Origin: an uncultured Ruminococcus sp.
GTDB taxonomy: Bacteria; Bacillota; Clostridia; Oscillospirales; Ruminococcaceae
Reading direction: 5' to 3'
DNA length: 64,000 bases
Assembly: GCA_937910385.1 (NCBI GenBank)
Contig: CALEPT010000123.1
Coordinates: forward strand, 26,080 to 90,079
The notes below the pieces were generated by a model. That model saw only the letters and a list, made by a program, of their open reading frames with translations. It was not told the origin of the DNA and made no database searches. Made by a program: the position numbers and the translations under genes. Below are positions 28,190 to 38,320 of this stretch, one piece after another (the first letter of the stretch is position 1; the number at the start of each line of letters is the position of its first letter).

Positions 28190-28706
28190 TCACAACGCCC
28201 TCCTCTGCGGAAAGCGACATTCTCAGCTTCTGTTTTATTCTTGTCAGACGTGAGCGCACCGTGCTTGGCTTCATGCCGCACATTTTTGCTATTTCGTCGC
28301 TTGTGTACCCTCCGAGCACCGACATCGAGAGCATGAGCCTCGATTCGCTGCCTATCCTGCCAAGAGCCTCGTTCAGCTCTGCACTGTCGTAGCTGAACTC
28401 GGTCACATCGGGGAGCTCCTCATCGTAGGCTTCCTCTGTGCGGAAGTAGTCGCGCTGCTTCCGCTTTATTTTTGCTGCGAGTATGGTCATTATCCAGCTG
28501 CGGAAGCTTTCCGCGCTCTTTAACTTTTTTATCGAGCAGAATGCGTCAAGCACCGTGTCGCTCACGACGTCGCAGGCGTCGTGCGAGCTGCGCAGGCTGT
28601 ACAGAGCAATGTGGTACATATCCTTGTATACAAGTGAGTATAATCTTGCGAACGCCTCGCTGTCACCCTGAGCTGCCAGCTTAGCGTCGGCGGAGATATC
28701 TGTCAT
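28182..28706 (-). CDS. ECF sigma-70 factor
   Basis: GDSEAFARLY, SFRSWI and EIAKMCGMKPSTVRSRLTR motifs; RBS before ATG 28706. Confidence 0.92.
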   Translation of the reverse strand: MTDISADAKLAAQGDSEAFARLYSLVYKDMYHIALYSLRSSHDACDVVSDTVLDAFCSIKKLKSAESFRSWIMTILAAKIKRKQRDYFRTEEAYDEELPDVTEFSYDSAELNEALGRIGSESRLMLSMSVLGGYTSDEIAKMCGMKPSTVRSRLTRIKQKLRMSLSAEEGVVNG

Positions 28707-28842
28707 AGCATATCCCTCCTTTTGAATCGATTCATAAATTAAGTGTCGGATATTGATGAAATTGCTGCATGGAAAATAAAAATTTGGCTGTATGCACAAT
28801 CCATGGCGTTATTTTTTGTGCATACAGCCTATAAAATATCAA

Positions 28843-29808
28843 TTATGCATTTGCCTTTCCCAAGAAAGCGGCTCCGATAATGCCTGCATCGTTGCCGAGC
28901 TTAGCGATGACGATATCGCAGTTCTTCTCGGAATTGCGCGTGTAGACTTCTTCCTTGACAAGAGCCTTTACGGGGAGGAGCAGCGGGTCGCCCTCATTGC
29001 ACACACCTCCGCCAATGCATAGCACGTCCGGCTGGAAGATATTTATCGTGTTAGTGATACCTGCTGCAAGGTATTTTATGTACTTGTTTACGACAGCCTG
29101 AGCATATTTGTCGCCTGCTCTCATGCAGTCGAACGAGGTGCGGGCAGTGACCTTTCCGCGCTCCTGTGCCATTTTGTTCATAATGCTGTCAGGATTTTCC
29201 GCCATAGACTCCTTTGTCATTCTGATAAGGCCCGTAGCCGAGGAATAAGCCTCAAAGCAGCCCTTTCTTCCGCAAGAGCACTGCGCTCCGTCAACTTCAA
29301 TAACCGTATGTCCTATCTCAGCGCCTGCGAAATTAGAGCCTGCATATATCTTTCCGTTTATGATTATTCCGCCGCCAACACCTGTTCCGAGGGTTATGCA
29401 TACCGCATTCTTAGCACCCTTTGCCGCACCTGCAACATACTCGCCGTATGCCGCCGCATTAGCGTCGTTCTCGATGAAAACGGGAGTATCGTCCCTGCCG
29501 ATGAATTCCTTGATGTAATCAACCATAGGAGTATCCTTGAATCCGAGGTTATTGGAATACTCGATTATACCCGTAGAGCTGTTGGCGATACCGGGAGTTC
29601 CTATACCTATCCACTCGATATCGTCGAGTGCGAGCTTTGCATTTTCAACAGCCTGTATTGCCATTTTAGCCATATCCTCAGCTATCTCTTTTTCCGGACG
29701 CGGACAGTTGGTCTTTGTGCTTGCCTTTGCGATGATGTTGTAATCTCCGTCAACAACGCCTGCAACGATGTTTGTGCCTCCGAGGTCTATACCTACATAA
29801 TATTTCAT
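28843..29808 (-). CDS. ROK family sugar kinase (glucokinase-like)
   Basis: GIDLGGT, ENDANAAA and EIGH..CSCGRKGCFE motifs. Confidence 0.93.
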   Translation of the reverse strand: MKYYVGIDLGGTNIVAGVVDGDYNIIAKASTKTNCPRPEKEIAEDMAKMAIQAVENAKLALDDIEWIGIGTPGIANSSTGIIEYSNNLGFKDTPMVDYIKEFIGRDDTPVFIENDANAAAYGEYVAGAAKGAKNAVCITLGTGVGGGIIINGKIYAGSNFAGAEIGHTVIEVDGAQCSCGRKGCFEAYSSATGLIRMTKESMAENPDSIMNKMAQERGKVTARTSFDCMRAGDKYAQAVVNKYIKYLAAGITNTINIFQPDVLCIGGGVCNEGDPLLLPVKALVKEEVYTRNSEKNCDIVIAKLGNDAGIIGAAFLGKANA

Positions 29809-29821
29809 TTGAATTTCCTCC

Positions 29822-30784
29822 TTAAACTGTTGTTATGATAATACTGCAATTGCCATTTATATAACACGCATCAGCTCCTGCCGGAACAAACACGCTTGAG
29901 CCTTTTTTTATGGGAAACAACCTCTTTTCGCCGCAGAAAAGCTCACCTTCGCCGTCAATGACAAGGATATGCTGAAAGCTGCTGTTTATGCTGTCAAGGT
30001 GGAGCTGTCCGCCGTTAATATCGAACTTTCTCACTGTGAAATATTCACATTCCGCGAGCTTCTGCACCGAAAGCTCCCCTCCGATACGTGATATCTTAGC
30101 GGGAGACTGCTCGGGTGCAGGGGTCAGTGAGGTGACCTCTATCGCCTTTTCAATGTGAAGCTGTCTCGGCTTGCCGTCCGCACCGACTCTGCCGTAATCG
30201 TAAACGCGGTAGGTTGTATTGGAGTTCTGCTGTATCTCTGCGATTAGAATACCCTTGCCGATAGCGTGCAGAGTTCCTGACTTTATGAAGAATACATCTC
30301 CCTTTTTCACGGGCACTTTGTTCACGTATTTAAGCAGAGCATTTTCCTCTACAGCCCTGCGGAACTGCTCCTTGGATATCTCTTCCTTGAAGCCGTAGAT
30401 AAGCTCCGCACCCTCCTCGCAGTCCACGATATACCACATCTCGGTCTTTCCGTACTCACCCTCGACGCGCAGAGCGTATTCGTTGTCGGGGTGCACCTGA
30501 ACGGAGAGATTGTCCCTCGCGTCGATGAGCTTTATCAGCACGGGGAAATACTCGAACCGTGCGGCGTTCTCGCCTATGACCTCGGGGTGCAGCTTTATTA
30601 GCTCTGTCAGAGTCATGCCGCCGAACTCTCCGCCCGAGATAACGGACTCGCCGTCGTGGTGACAGGAAAGCTCCCAGCTCTCAGCAAGACGCTCGAGGTC
30701 AGACTCCTTTCCGAATTCGTCTCTCAGGCGCGTTCCACCCCAGATATAGTCCTTTATAAGTGGTTTTAATAAAAATGGTATCAT
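29822..30784 (-). CDS. manA: Type I mannose-6-phosphate isomerase
   Basis: YIWGG, LSVQVHP, GKTEMWY and EIQQNSNTTYRVYDY motifs. Confidence 0.92.
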   Translation of the reverse strand: MIPFLLKPLIKDYIWGGTRLRDEFGKESDLERLAESWELSCHHDGESVISGGEFGGMTLTELIKLHPEVIGENAARFEYFPVLIKLIDARDNLSVQVHPDNEYALRVEGEYGKTEMWYIVDCEEGAELIYGFKEEISKEQFRRAVEENALLKYVNKVPVKKGDVFFIKSGTLHAIGKGILIAEIQQNSNTTYRVYDYGRVGADGKPRQLHIEKAIEVTSLTPAPEQSPAKISRIGGELSVQKLAECEYFTVRKFDINGGQLHLDSINSSFQHILVIDGEGELFCGEKRLFPIKKGSSVFVPAGADACYINGNCSIIITTV

Positions 30785-30813
30785 TAACTTCCTCCGATAT
30801 CAGTTATTATATG

Positions 30814-31560
30814 TTAGTCATTGGTCGATCGCGGATCACAAATTCCGAATTCCGAATCAAACTGTTCCTCGCTGCCGCAGTAAACGTTCAGGTCGATATA
30901 CTGCTCGTCGCCCTCATAGCCGTCAAGCCTGCCGTGGTCGCAGTACTGCCAGAACTTCCAGTCAACAAGGTCCGGCTCAAAATTGACGCTTCTTATCCAC
31001 AGCGGATAGTCGCCGAAATCATCTTTGACATAACGGAAGTAGACAGGGATAGTCGTATAGATTATAGGCTTCACTCCGTAGTATTCCTCAAGAGCTTCCA
31101 GCAGCGGAAGGAGTATCTCCTCAGTTTCGTCCTTTGAGGGCTTATTCAGTCTTTTATTGCCATAATACTCGATATCCACCACAGGCGGCATATCTATCGC
31201 GTCCCTGTCCACGACGGATATGAAGTTCTCCGCCTGCGTTTCGCCTGAGCTGTCAAAGCTGAAAAAGTGATATGCGGATATTCTTATATCTGTTTCAGCG
31301 GCATTTTCGAGATTATACCGTGCCGACTCGTCCACATGACCGCTGCCTTCGGTTGCCTTTATGAATGCGAAGGAAACGCCCTGATGCTCAAATTCCTGCC
31401 AGTCTATTACTCCCTGCCAATTGGATACGTCCACTCCGAAAACAGGATATTTCGACTTATTCACAGCAGCCTCGGCAAAATAGCACGCAGCTCCCATAGC
31501 CGCGAGCACGAGTATGAATCCTGCCAGCGCGCAAATTATATTTCTCTTCAGTATATGCAT
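30814..31560 (-). CDS. GH25 lysozyme/muramidase, N-terminally anchored
   Basis: GVDVSNWQG, FIKATEG, AYHF, DIE and WQY motifs. Confidence 0.9.
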   Translation of the reverse strand: MHILKRNIICALAGFILVLAAMGAACYFAEAAVNKSKYPVFGVDVSNWQGVIDWQEFEHQGVSFAFIKATEGSGHVDESARYNLENAAETDIRISAYHFFSFDSSGETQAENFISVVDRDAIDMPPVVDIEYYGNKRLNKPSKDETEEILLPLLEALEEYYGVKPIIYTTIPVYFRYVKDDFGDYPLWIRSVNFEPDLVDWKFWQYCDHGRLDGYEGDEQYIDLNVYCGSEEQFDSEFGICDPRSTND

Positions 31561-33756
31561 TTACTTTGCTGTGTCTCCCATAACGATACCTCGTCCGTTA
31601 GTGGCGAAGTAAACTCTGCCGAACACCTCGCTGTCGCCTGTTATCGAATAGGTGAGGTTGCCGAAAAGGTGGTTATTATCGTTTATTCTCACCCATGTCT
31701 TTCCCTTGTCGGTCGAGCGGTAGATACCGTCGCCGTGGGGAGTATCATTTCCGCTGACGTTATCGTTGCCCATGACATATATCGTCATGTAATCGCCCTC
31801 CTTTTCGGGAGCACCGAAGCCGAGAGCCTTTGCGTTTATGGTCTTGAGCACGGTAAAGTTCTTTCCGCCGTCTTCTGTATACATTATGGACGAGCCCGTA
31901 GCCGCCCAGACATGGCCCTCTTTGTCGCCTACAGCAGTGAGCGTACTGTTATCGATAAGAACTGCTCCGGTAGACTCAAAATGATAGCCTCCGTCTGTTG
32001 AGATATAGAAAACTCCCTCGCATATCGCATAGAAGGTCTTTGGGTTGACTCTGTCGGCGATCACCTTTGCACCGTACGAGATACCCTCACAGTAATACCA
32101 GTTCTCGCCGTAATCTGGCGTAATATATGGCTTGCCGCTGAGAGAAGCCGGTTTCCAGATTATGGTCTTGCCATCAGCAGACATAGCAACGCTTCCACCG
32201 TAGGATTTTTCCGGAAGTCGCGAGATAACGTTCCACGTTGCTCCGCCGTCAGTTGTATAGTTCAGCGAAGCCTTCGTAGAATCGCTTGTGTAAACAGCAT
32301 AATTTCCGTCGAGCCACGCACAGTCAACGGACTGGGCATCGCCGTTCTTGAAAAAGTGAGCGTCATCGGGACACTTCTCAACGTCAAGGTGCGAGAAGCC
32401 CGTGAGGTCGCCCATTATCGAATACATCTGAGGCGAATCGCCGTCATATGGCGGTGCAACCATAGTGTAAACGGCGGTCTCTTCAATGCCGTAGGCGTCG
32501 AAGCTTATAGTAACGGGATTGCCGCTTCCGAGGTCGGTTAGGTTTTCGGTAGAGTACAGAGTAGCTCCTGTTCCGTAGCTTAACTTGTCGGAATTGAACG
32601 GGTCAAGAGCAACAGCGGCAGTCCACCAACCGATAGAGGCTTCATCTCTGCCCCATGTGAGCCAATCGGCATCGGATACGTCCATTGTATAGTTCTTCTC
32701 ACTGTTGGTGTAAAGAGCGTTCCAGCTTTCTCCGCCGTCAGTCGAGCGATATATGTTATGTCCTCTGTTATCCCAGAAGCCGAGCGAGGTCACAACAATA
32801 GTATCCTGATCCTGCGCATCGAGGGTTATACCGCCGAATCCACCATATCTGTTATCATCGAGTTTGGGCGTGATATCGGTGAACTCTTGTGTTGCAAGGT
32901 CAAGAACATACACTCCGCCGTTTTTGGGGTCAACATTCGGGCCTGCGGTATCGGAGCATGCCATGTACATTTTACCGTCCGCAGATATCTCCGCCTGAAG
33001 CGGATAAAATCCCGCAAGGTTAGCAGGGAGAGTCTCCCATGTTGCTCCGTTGTCTGATGACTTGTAGATACATTCGCCGTTAGTCATGGCAGCTCCGGCA
33101 TAGACGTCGTTGTTTGCGGGGTCAAAATGCACCCACATTATGCCTATGCTGTTACCCTCCTGACTGTAATCGCCCTTTACCGGGAACGATCCTACCTGTG
33201 CCCATGTCTTGCCGTAATCTTCGGACTTCCACAGTCCGTTATTTCTTGAACCGAAGTATACATTGCTGTTATTGACCGGATCTACGCATAGCCTTTCGCC
33301 GACACCTCTGCCGGAATTATTTCCTCCGCAGCCGAATGTAAGATCAAAGCGCGACCATGTCTCGCCGTAATCATCAGAAGCGAGGAGAGCACCGTTATCG
33401 CCCATATATGTGCCGCAGGCAGCATATACCCTGTTTGGTTCCACCGGGTCGGTGGCGATGCTTTCTATGCCGATGAGATTCCATTCTTCGCCGCCGAAGC
33501 AGTCAGTGATCGGCACCCACTTGTCCTTTTCGGTATCGAAGCGGTAAGCTCCGCCTATATCCGTGCGGACATAGGCAAGCCCCTCCTGTGTAGGATTGTA
33601 GACTATACCGGTGATGTAGCCTCCGCCGCCTATAGCAACATTGCTCCACTCGTACTTTATCTGAGCGGAGTCCTTTTTATCCTTACTGCACCCCGAAAGC
33701 ATGCCTGCCGTCATGGCGGCAGCTGCCAAGAGTGCTGTTATTGTTTTGATCCTCAT
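31561..33756 (-). CDS. GH74 xyloglucanase-like lipoprotein (no dockerin)
   Basis: Lipobox LSGC; IGGGGYITG, RTDIGGAY and TNGRGI motifs. Confidence 0.9.
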   Translation of the reverse strand: MRIKTITALLAAAAMTAGMLSGCSKDKKDSAQIKYEWSNVAIGGGGYITGIVYNPTQEGLAYVRTDIGGAYRFDTEKDKWVPITDCFGGEEWNLIGIESIATDPVEPNRVYAACGTYMGDNGALLASDDYGETWSRFDLTFGCGGNNSGRGVGERLCVDPVNNSNVYFGSRNNGLWKSEDYGKTWAQVGSFPVKGDYSQEGNSIGIMWVHFDPANNDVYAGAAMTNGECIYKSSDNGATWETLPANLAGFYPLQAEISADGKMYMACSDTAGPNVDPKNGGVYVLDLATQEFTDITPKLDDNRYGGFGGITLDAQDQDTIVVTSLGFWDNRGHNIYRSTDGGESWNALYTNSEKNYTMDVSDADWLTWGRDEASIGWWTAAVALDPFNSDKLSYGTGATLYSTENLTDLGSGNPVTISFDAYGIEETAVYTMVAPPYDGDSPQMYSIMGDLTGFSHLDVEKCPDDAHFFKNGDAQSVDCAWLDGNYAVYTSDSTKASLNYTTDGGATWNVISRLPEKSYGGSVAMSADGKTIIWKPASLSGKPYITPDYGENWYYCEGISYGAKVIADRVNPKTFYAICEGVFYISTDGGYHFESTGAVLIDNSTLTAVGDKEGHVWAATGSSIMYTEDGGKNFTVLKTINAKALGFGAPEKEGDYMTIYVMGNDNVSGNDTPHGDGIYRSTDKGKTWVRINDNNHLFGNLTYSITGDSEVFGRVYFATNGRGIVMGDTAK

Positions 33757-33927
33757 TGTTTTCCTCCTGAAAAAGAGCTTGTACATATACATTATACTAT
33801 ATTATTACAAATAAAGCAACAGGCGCGCAATAAAATTTTTGTTATGATGCGGGAATGCTGACGACGCTGAAGCACGGTAATTTTTCCGATGATGCATACA
33901 TATTATTTCAAAAAAGGAGCTGATAGC

Positions 33928-34206
33928 ATGAACATTGACGACTTCAACGAGAATACCGAATACGAGGACACTACCGAAGCGCTCCTTGAAAAGTACGATA
34001 CACGCCGCGCTTCAAAGCCTGAGGACGTTATCGCTATGCAGGCAGTACTCTGTATTCTGCTTGCACTGCTGCTCATCGGAGCAAACTTCTTCTATCCGGA
34101 TACGGCAGAGGCGCTTTACAGCAAGCTATGCTCGCTGACTTCCGACACGGCAGACATTATCCCTAACCCCATAGACTTGATAATTTTGTATTGTGATAAG
34201 CTTTAG
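33928..34206 (+). CDS. Small membrane protein (position of spoIVFA-like partner)
   Basis: AAGGAG RBS, one TM helix, overlaps the M50 gene. Confidence 0.55.
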   Translation: MNIDDFNENTEYEDTTEALLEKYDTRRASKPEDVIAMQAVLCILLALLLIGANFFYPDTAEALYSKLCSLTSDTADIIPNPIDLIILYCDKL

Positions 34207-34765
34207 CGTCGGTGAAACGCGATTGCGTATTTATTTTTCATTCCTGCTGTTCAATGCGGTGGTATTCACGTTCAGCAGTCAGGAATTGCTTTTTCAGTTC
34301 TATACTGCCTGTGTACTTCATGAAGCAGGGCATATCCTTTCCGCTGCCGTGATAGGAACGCATATAAAAAGTATCTCGTTCAGCGGCAGCGGCATACGTA
34401 TGCTCACTGACAAGCGTTTGTGTTCCGCAGGAAAAAGTGCGTTTGTAATACTATCCGGACCCGCAGTCAATATTATTCTCTTTGCTGCGCTGAGAGAGCT
34501 TGGCTGCGGAGGCAGCTTCCCTATGCTGAATCTGGCAGCAGGACTTTACAACCTGCTCCCATACCGTCAGCTCGACGGCGGTGCGCTCATCGACAATTAT
34601 ATTATGGGAAGCGTTCACGAAAGAATTGTCCGTGCTGTGCTTGTTTTCGTTAAAGCGGCAATATCTGTAGTTTTGGCATATCTCACATTCATCAAAGGCA
34701 CAGAAATTCTTCCTTTGTTTGGAGCCTCGCTCCTGCTGTTCATCTCAGATATTTTAATGTACTGA
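34193..34765 (+). CDS. M50 site-2 intramembrane protease, SpoIVFB-like
   Basis: HEAGH, SGPAVN and NLLPYRQLDGG motifs. Confidence 0.8.
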   Translation: MISFSVGETRLRIYFSFLLFNAVVFTFSSQELLFQFYTACVLHEAGHILSAAVIGTHIKSISFSGSGIRMLTDKRLCSAGKSAFVILSGPAVNIILFAALRELGCGGSFPMLNLAAGLYNLLPYRQLDGGALIDNYIMGSVHERIVRAVLVFVKAAISVVLAYLTFIKGTEILPLFGASLLLFISDILMY

Positions 34766-34804
34766 CCTCCGCTCGGGAGGTCTTTTTGTATTCGCGATTT
34801 AATG

Positions 34805-34830
34805 ATTAACGATAAATTTTTATCGTTAAT
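34805..34830. promoter_or_regulatory. Palindromic operator candidate upstream of the DUF2975/XRE pair
   Basis: ATTAACGATAAA-TT-TTTATCGTTAAT; half-site repeated near 34883. Confidence 0.5.
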
Positions 34831-34993
34831 TTTATACAAGAAACATATGAAAAACAACGCTTGCTTATATTCAAACATACAATTTTTATCGTTTATCATT
34901 AAATTTTAGTTGACAAACGCTAATCCGTGTGCTATACTGAGTACATCAGCTGAGGAACAAAAAATAAACACTTTCAAAAAAGGAGTAATATTT

Positions 34994-35656
34994 ATGGAAA
35001 ACAAAAATATCAAAAGCATCCACACAATAGGAAAAGTAAGTAAAATACTTTTAATCATCCTTCAGGTCGTTCTTATCATCGGATTCGTTGGCACGATTAT
35101 TGGCGGAATAGCAGTACTCGCTCTGCCGAGCGACTTCATCAGCATAAAGGGCGGCGGAAATGCTGATGTCACCTTAAAAACAAGCCGTATCGCTTCAAAG
35201 ATGATAGAGATCGATGATCTCGAGGACGCAAACTTTCACTTTAACAGCTTCGGATATAAAATAAACCTTGATACAACAGAGGAGAAGATATCCGATAACG
35301 AGACCGTTTATCATATCGCTGCTGACGCTGACGGAATAAGCGGTTTTGAAATAAAGATGACAGCGGCTGTTTCCTGTTTTGGCGCAGCTCTTCTCCTCGC
35401 ACTGTTCTGTGTTGCTGCAATATTTGCAAAAAGGCTCGCAAAGTCTCTTGAGGTCTGCCGTTCACCCTTTGAGGAAAACGTCATCAAAGCAATGAAGGCA
35501 TTCGGATTTTCTCTTATTCCATGGGCAGCAGTAAAATTCCTTGTGGGTAATATAGACGGTGCTATCATGGCACTTCTTGTACTGATGGTTCTCGTGCTTA
35601 TAAACATCTTCAAGTACGGTGCGCAGCTCCAGCAGGAATCCGACGAAACACTGTGA
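34994..35656 (+). CDS. DUF2975-like membrane protein
   Basis: Multi-TM; SPF motif; C-terminal FKYGAQLQQESDETL; paired with an XRE gene. Confidence 0.75.
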   Translation: MENKNIKSIHTIGKVSKILLIILQVVLIIGFVGTIIGGIAVLALPSDFISIKGGGNADVTLKTSRIASKMIEIDDLEDANFHFNSFGYKINLDTTEEKISDNETVYHIAADADGISGFEIKMTAAVSCFGAALLLALFCVAAIFAKRLAKSLEVCRSPFEENVIKAMKAFGFSLIPWAAVKFLVGNIDGAIMALLVLMVLVLINIFKYGAQLQQESDETL

Positions 35657-35666
35657 GGTGAGTGAA

Positions 35667-35879
35667 ATGTCTATAATTCTAAGACTTGACCGCGTAATGG
35701 CGGACAGAAAAATGAGCCTCAACGAGTTAAGTGAGGCAGTAGGTGTGAGCAACGTCAACCTCTCAAAGCTGAAAACAGGCAAGGTCAGCGCGATACGCTT
35801 TTCTACTCTCAACGCTATCTGTAAGGCGCTCAATTGCCAGCCGGGGGATATCCTCGAATTTATTGATGACGGACAGTAA
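35667..35879 (+). CDS. XRE/Cro HTH regulator (YozG-like)
   Basis: LSKLKTGKVSAIRFSTLNAICKALNCQPGDILEF. Confidence 0.9.
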   Translation: MSIILRLDRVMADRKMSLNELSEAVGVSNVNLSKLKTGKVSAIRFSTLNAICKALNCQPGDILEFIDDGQ

Positions 35880-35890
35880 TGCATAATTTA

Positions 35891-36008
35891 AGGGCAGACA
35901 AAGGGGAGCTCCCTTTGGCGGAATCGCGGCATAAAATTACCGAGCCCATAATTTCAGGCTCGGTAACCCACTTTTTCCGTTAAGGGAAGCTGACTAATGT
36001 CCGCCCTT
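35891..36008 (+). repeat. Dispersed structured repeat (copy A)
   Basis: Collinear similarity to the reverse complement of 49503-49618. Confidence 0.7.
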
Positions 36009-36013
36009 AAATA

Positions 36014-38320
36014 TTATCCCTTTAATTCAACACGTCTTATTTTACCGCTGATAGTCTTGGGGAGCTCGTCGCGGAACTCTACTATTCTCGGATACTTGTA
36101 AGGCGCAGTGTGCTTCTTTACGTAATCCTGTATCTCCTTTTTCAGCTCGTCTGTGCCGACTGTTCCCTTTGTGAGAACGATAGAAGCCTTTACTACCTGA
36201 CCTCTTACCGGGTCGGGAGCAGCGCTTACTCCGCACTCAAGAACGTAAGGAAGCTCCATGATAACGCTTTCTATCTCGAATGGTCCTATGCGGTAGCCCG
36301 AGGACTTGATAACGTCATCAACACGTCCGACGTACCAGTAATAGCCGTCCTCGTCCTTCCATGCGGTATCGCCTGTGTGGTAGAATCCGTCGTGCCATAC
36401 GTCGGTGGTTTTTTCTTCGTCGTTATAGTAGCCGAGGAAAAGACCTGCCGGTATATTTTTATCCGTGCGGATAACGATCTCGCCGGTCTCGCCGGTCTTT
36501 ACGGGCTTTCCGTCTGGGTCAACGATGTCAATGTCATAAAGTGCGCTCGGTTTGCCCATTGAACCGGGACGAGCTGTCATACCTACGAAGTTTCCTATAG
36601 CGAGAGTTGTCTCTGTCTGACCGAAGCCCTCCATGAGCTTGACTCCCGTTGCCTTGAGGAACTGGTTGTAGACCTCGGGATTGAGAGCCTCGCCTGCAAC
36701 TGTAGCATACTTTATCGAGCTGAGATCGTACTTGCTGAGATCCTCCTTGATAAAGAAGCGGTACATCGTGGGCGGAGCACAGAAGGTCGTGATGTTATAC
36801 TTTTTGAACATGGGGAGTATCTTGTGTGCGTCAAAGCGGTCGAAGTCATAAACGAAAACGCAGGTCTCACTGAGCCACTGTCCATAGAGCTTGCCCCAGA
36901 GTGCCTTGCCCCAGCCGGTATCGGAGATAGTGAAGTGTATGCCGTTCGGGTCAACGTTGTGCCAGTAGCGTGCAGTAATGAAGTGACCGAGGGCGTACTT
37001 ATGGCTGTGCATAGCTATCTTAGGATAGCCTGTAGTTCCGGATGTGAAGAACATGAGGTTCGGCTCACTTCCGCACGAAAGGAGCTCGGGGTCTGTCGGA
37101 CGCTCAAAAACATCGCTGAATGCTGACATTTCCTCATCGAAGGAAGCCCAGCCCTCGCGCTCGCCGTGGGCGATCATTCTTATTATATCCATGCCGCATT
37201 CTTCAATTGCAAGATCGACCTGATGAGCAACGTCGCCGTCACCGGTACAGACAATAGCCTTTACGTCGGCTGCCTTGAATCGGTATGTAAAGTCGTGCTG
37301 AACGAGCTGATTGGTCGCAGGGATAACGATAGCACCTATCTTGTGCAGCGCAATAATAGAGAACCAGAACTGATAGTGTCTCTTGAGGACGAGCATTACC
37401 TTATCGCCCTTTTTTATGCCCTTGGACTTGAAGTAATTCGCCGTCATGTTGGAGTATTTCTTTATATCGGCGAAGGTAAAGCGCTTTTCCTGCATATCGT
37501 CGGAAACATAGATGAGCGCGGTCTTGTCGGGACATTTAGCGGCGAGTCCGTCAACAATGTCGAAGCCGAAGTTGAAGGTATCGTCGTTTTTGAAGCTGAT
37601 ACCTGTCAGAGCGCCGTCCGCATCGGTCTGCACCTCGACAAATTTATCGGCAACAGGAGCTTCCACCTTTGCGAGGTCAAAGTTTGTGACGCCCGGGAGA
37701 ATTACGGGGTCGAGATTCTGGATAGCGTGCTGAGGCTGATTAAGTCCGCAGACTATGGCGTAGAATTTACATTCCTTGCCGCCTACAGCCCATTCGTCGT
37801 GGGGCTCGCTGCTGTCGTAGTAGATAGAATCGCCTTCGTTGAGTATCTCGATATTATCGCCTACCTGGACCTTGAGTTGTCCGCTGATGACGATGTCCAT
37901 TTCCTGTCCCTCATGAGAATGGGGATGTGGGACGCGGAACTCCTCATCAACATAGGGAATAGTTACAAGGAACGGCTCGGCAAGCTTGTTTCTGAACTTA
38001 GGTGCAAGGCGGAGGTAGCTGAGTCCCTTGCGGCGCGCAATAGGAAGTCCTTCGCCCTTTCTTGTGATATCAAAGCTGTAGATGTGCGGGCTCTCGCCCT
38101 CCATTAGGTCAGTTATTTCGATGCCGCACACATTCGCGAATTTATAGATAAAAGTGAAGCTGAAATCCTTAGCTCCGCCCTCATACGCGAGGTATTCATA
38201 GGTTGAAACTTCGGTCTTTTCAGCCATTTCCTCGGGAGTGAGGCCTACCGACTCACGCACGGCTCTAATTCGCTCGGCGACCTCTCTTATCTTAAACTCG
38301 GGATTCAATAAATTACTCAT
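36014..38320 (-). CDS. XRE-HTH/cupin domain fused to AMP-forming acyl-CoA synthetase
   Basis: N-terminal HTH, cupin HEGQE, then FTSGTTGYPK, EGFGQTE and LPKTISGK motifs. Confidence 0.9.
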   Translation of the reverse strand: MSNLLNPEFKIREVAERIRAVRESVGLTPEEMAEKTEVSTYEYLAYEGGAKDFSFTFIYKFANVCGIEITDLMEGESPHIYSFDITRKGEGLPIARRKGLSYLRLAPKFRNKLAEPFLVTIPYVDEEFRVPHPHSHEGQEMDIVISGQLKVQVGDNIEILNEGDSIYYDSSEPHDEWAVGGKECKFYAIVCGLNQPQHAIQNLDPVILPGVTNFDLAKVEAPVADKFVEVQTDADGALTGISFKNDDTFNFGFDIVDGLAAKCPDKTALIYVSDDMQEKRFTFADIKKYSNMTANYFKSKGIKKGDKVMLVLKRHYQFWFSIIALHKIGAIVIPATNQLVQHDFTYRFKAADVKAIVCTGDGDVAHQVDLAIEECGMDIIRMIAHGEREGWASFDEEMSAFSDVFERPTDPELLSCGSEPNLMFFTSGTTGYPKIAMHSHKYALGHFITARYWHNVDPNGIHFTISDTGWGKALWGKLYGQWLSETCVFVYDFDRFDAHKILPMFKKYNITTFCAPPTMYRFFIKEDLSKYDLSSIKYATVAGEALNPEVYNQFLKATGVKLMEGFGQTETTLAIGNFVGMTARPGSMGKPSALYDIDIVDPDGKPVKTGETGEIVIRTDKNIPAGLFLGYYNDEEKTTDVWHDGFYHTGDTAWKDEDGYYWYVGRVDDVIKSSGYRIGPFEIESVIMELPYVLECGVSAAPDPVRGQVVKASIVLTKGTVGTDELKKEIQDYVKKHTAPYKYPRIVEFRDELPKTISGKIRRVELKG

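Noticed and set aside
30814..31560. GH25 as the endolysin of the phage-like operon
   Set aside because: About 19 kb away, has an N-terminal anchor, no holin, and is embedded in a sugar-metabolism run
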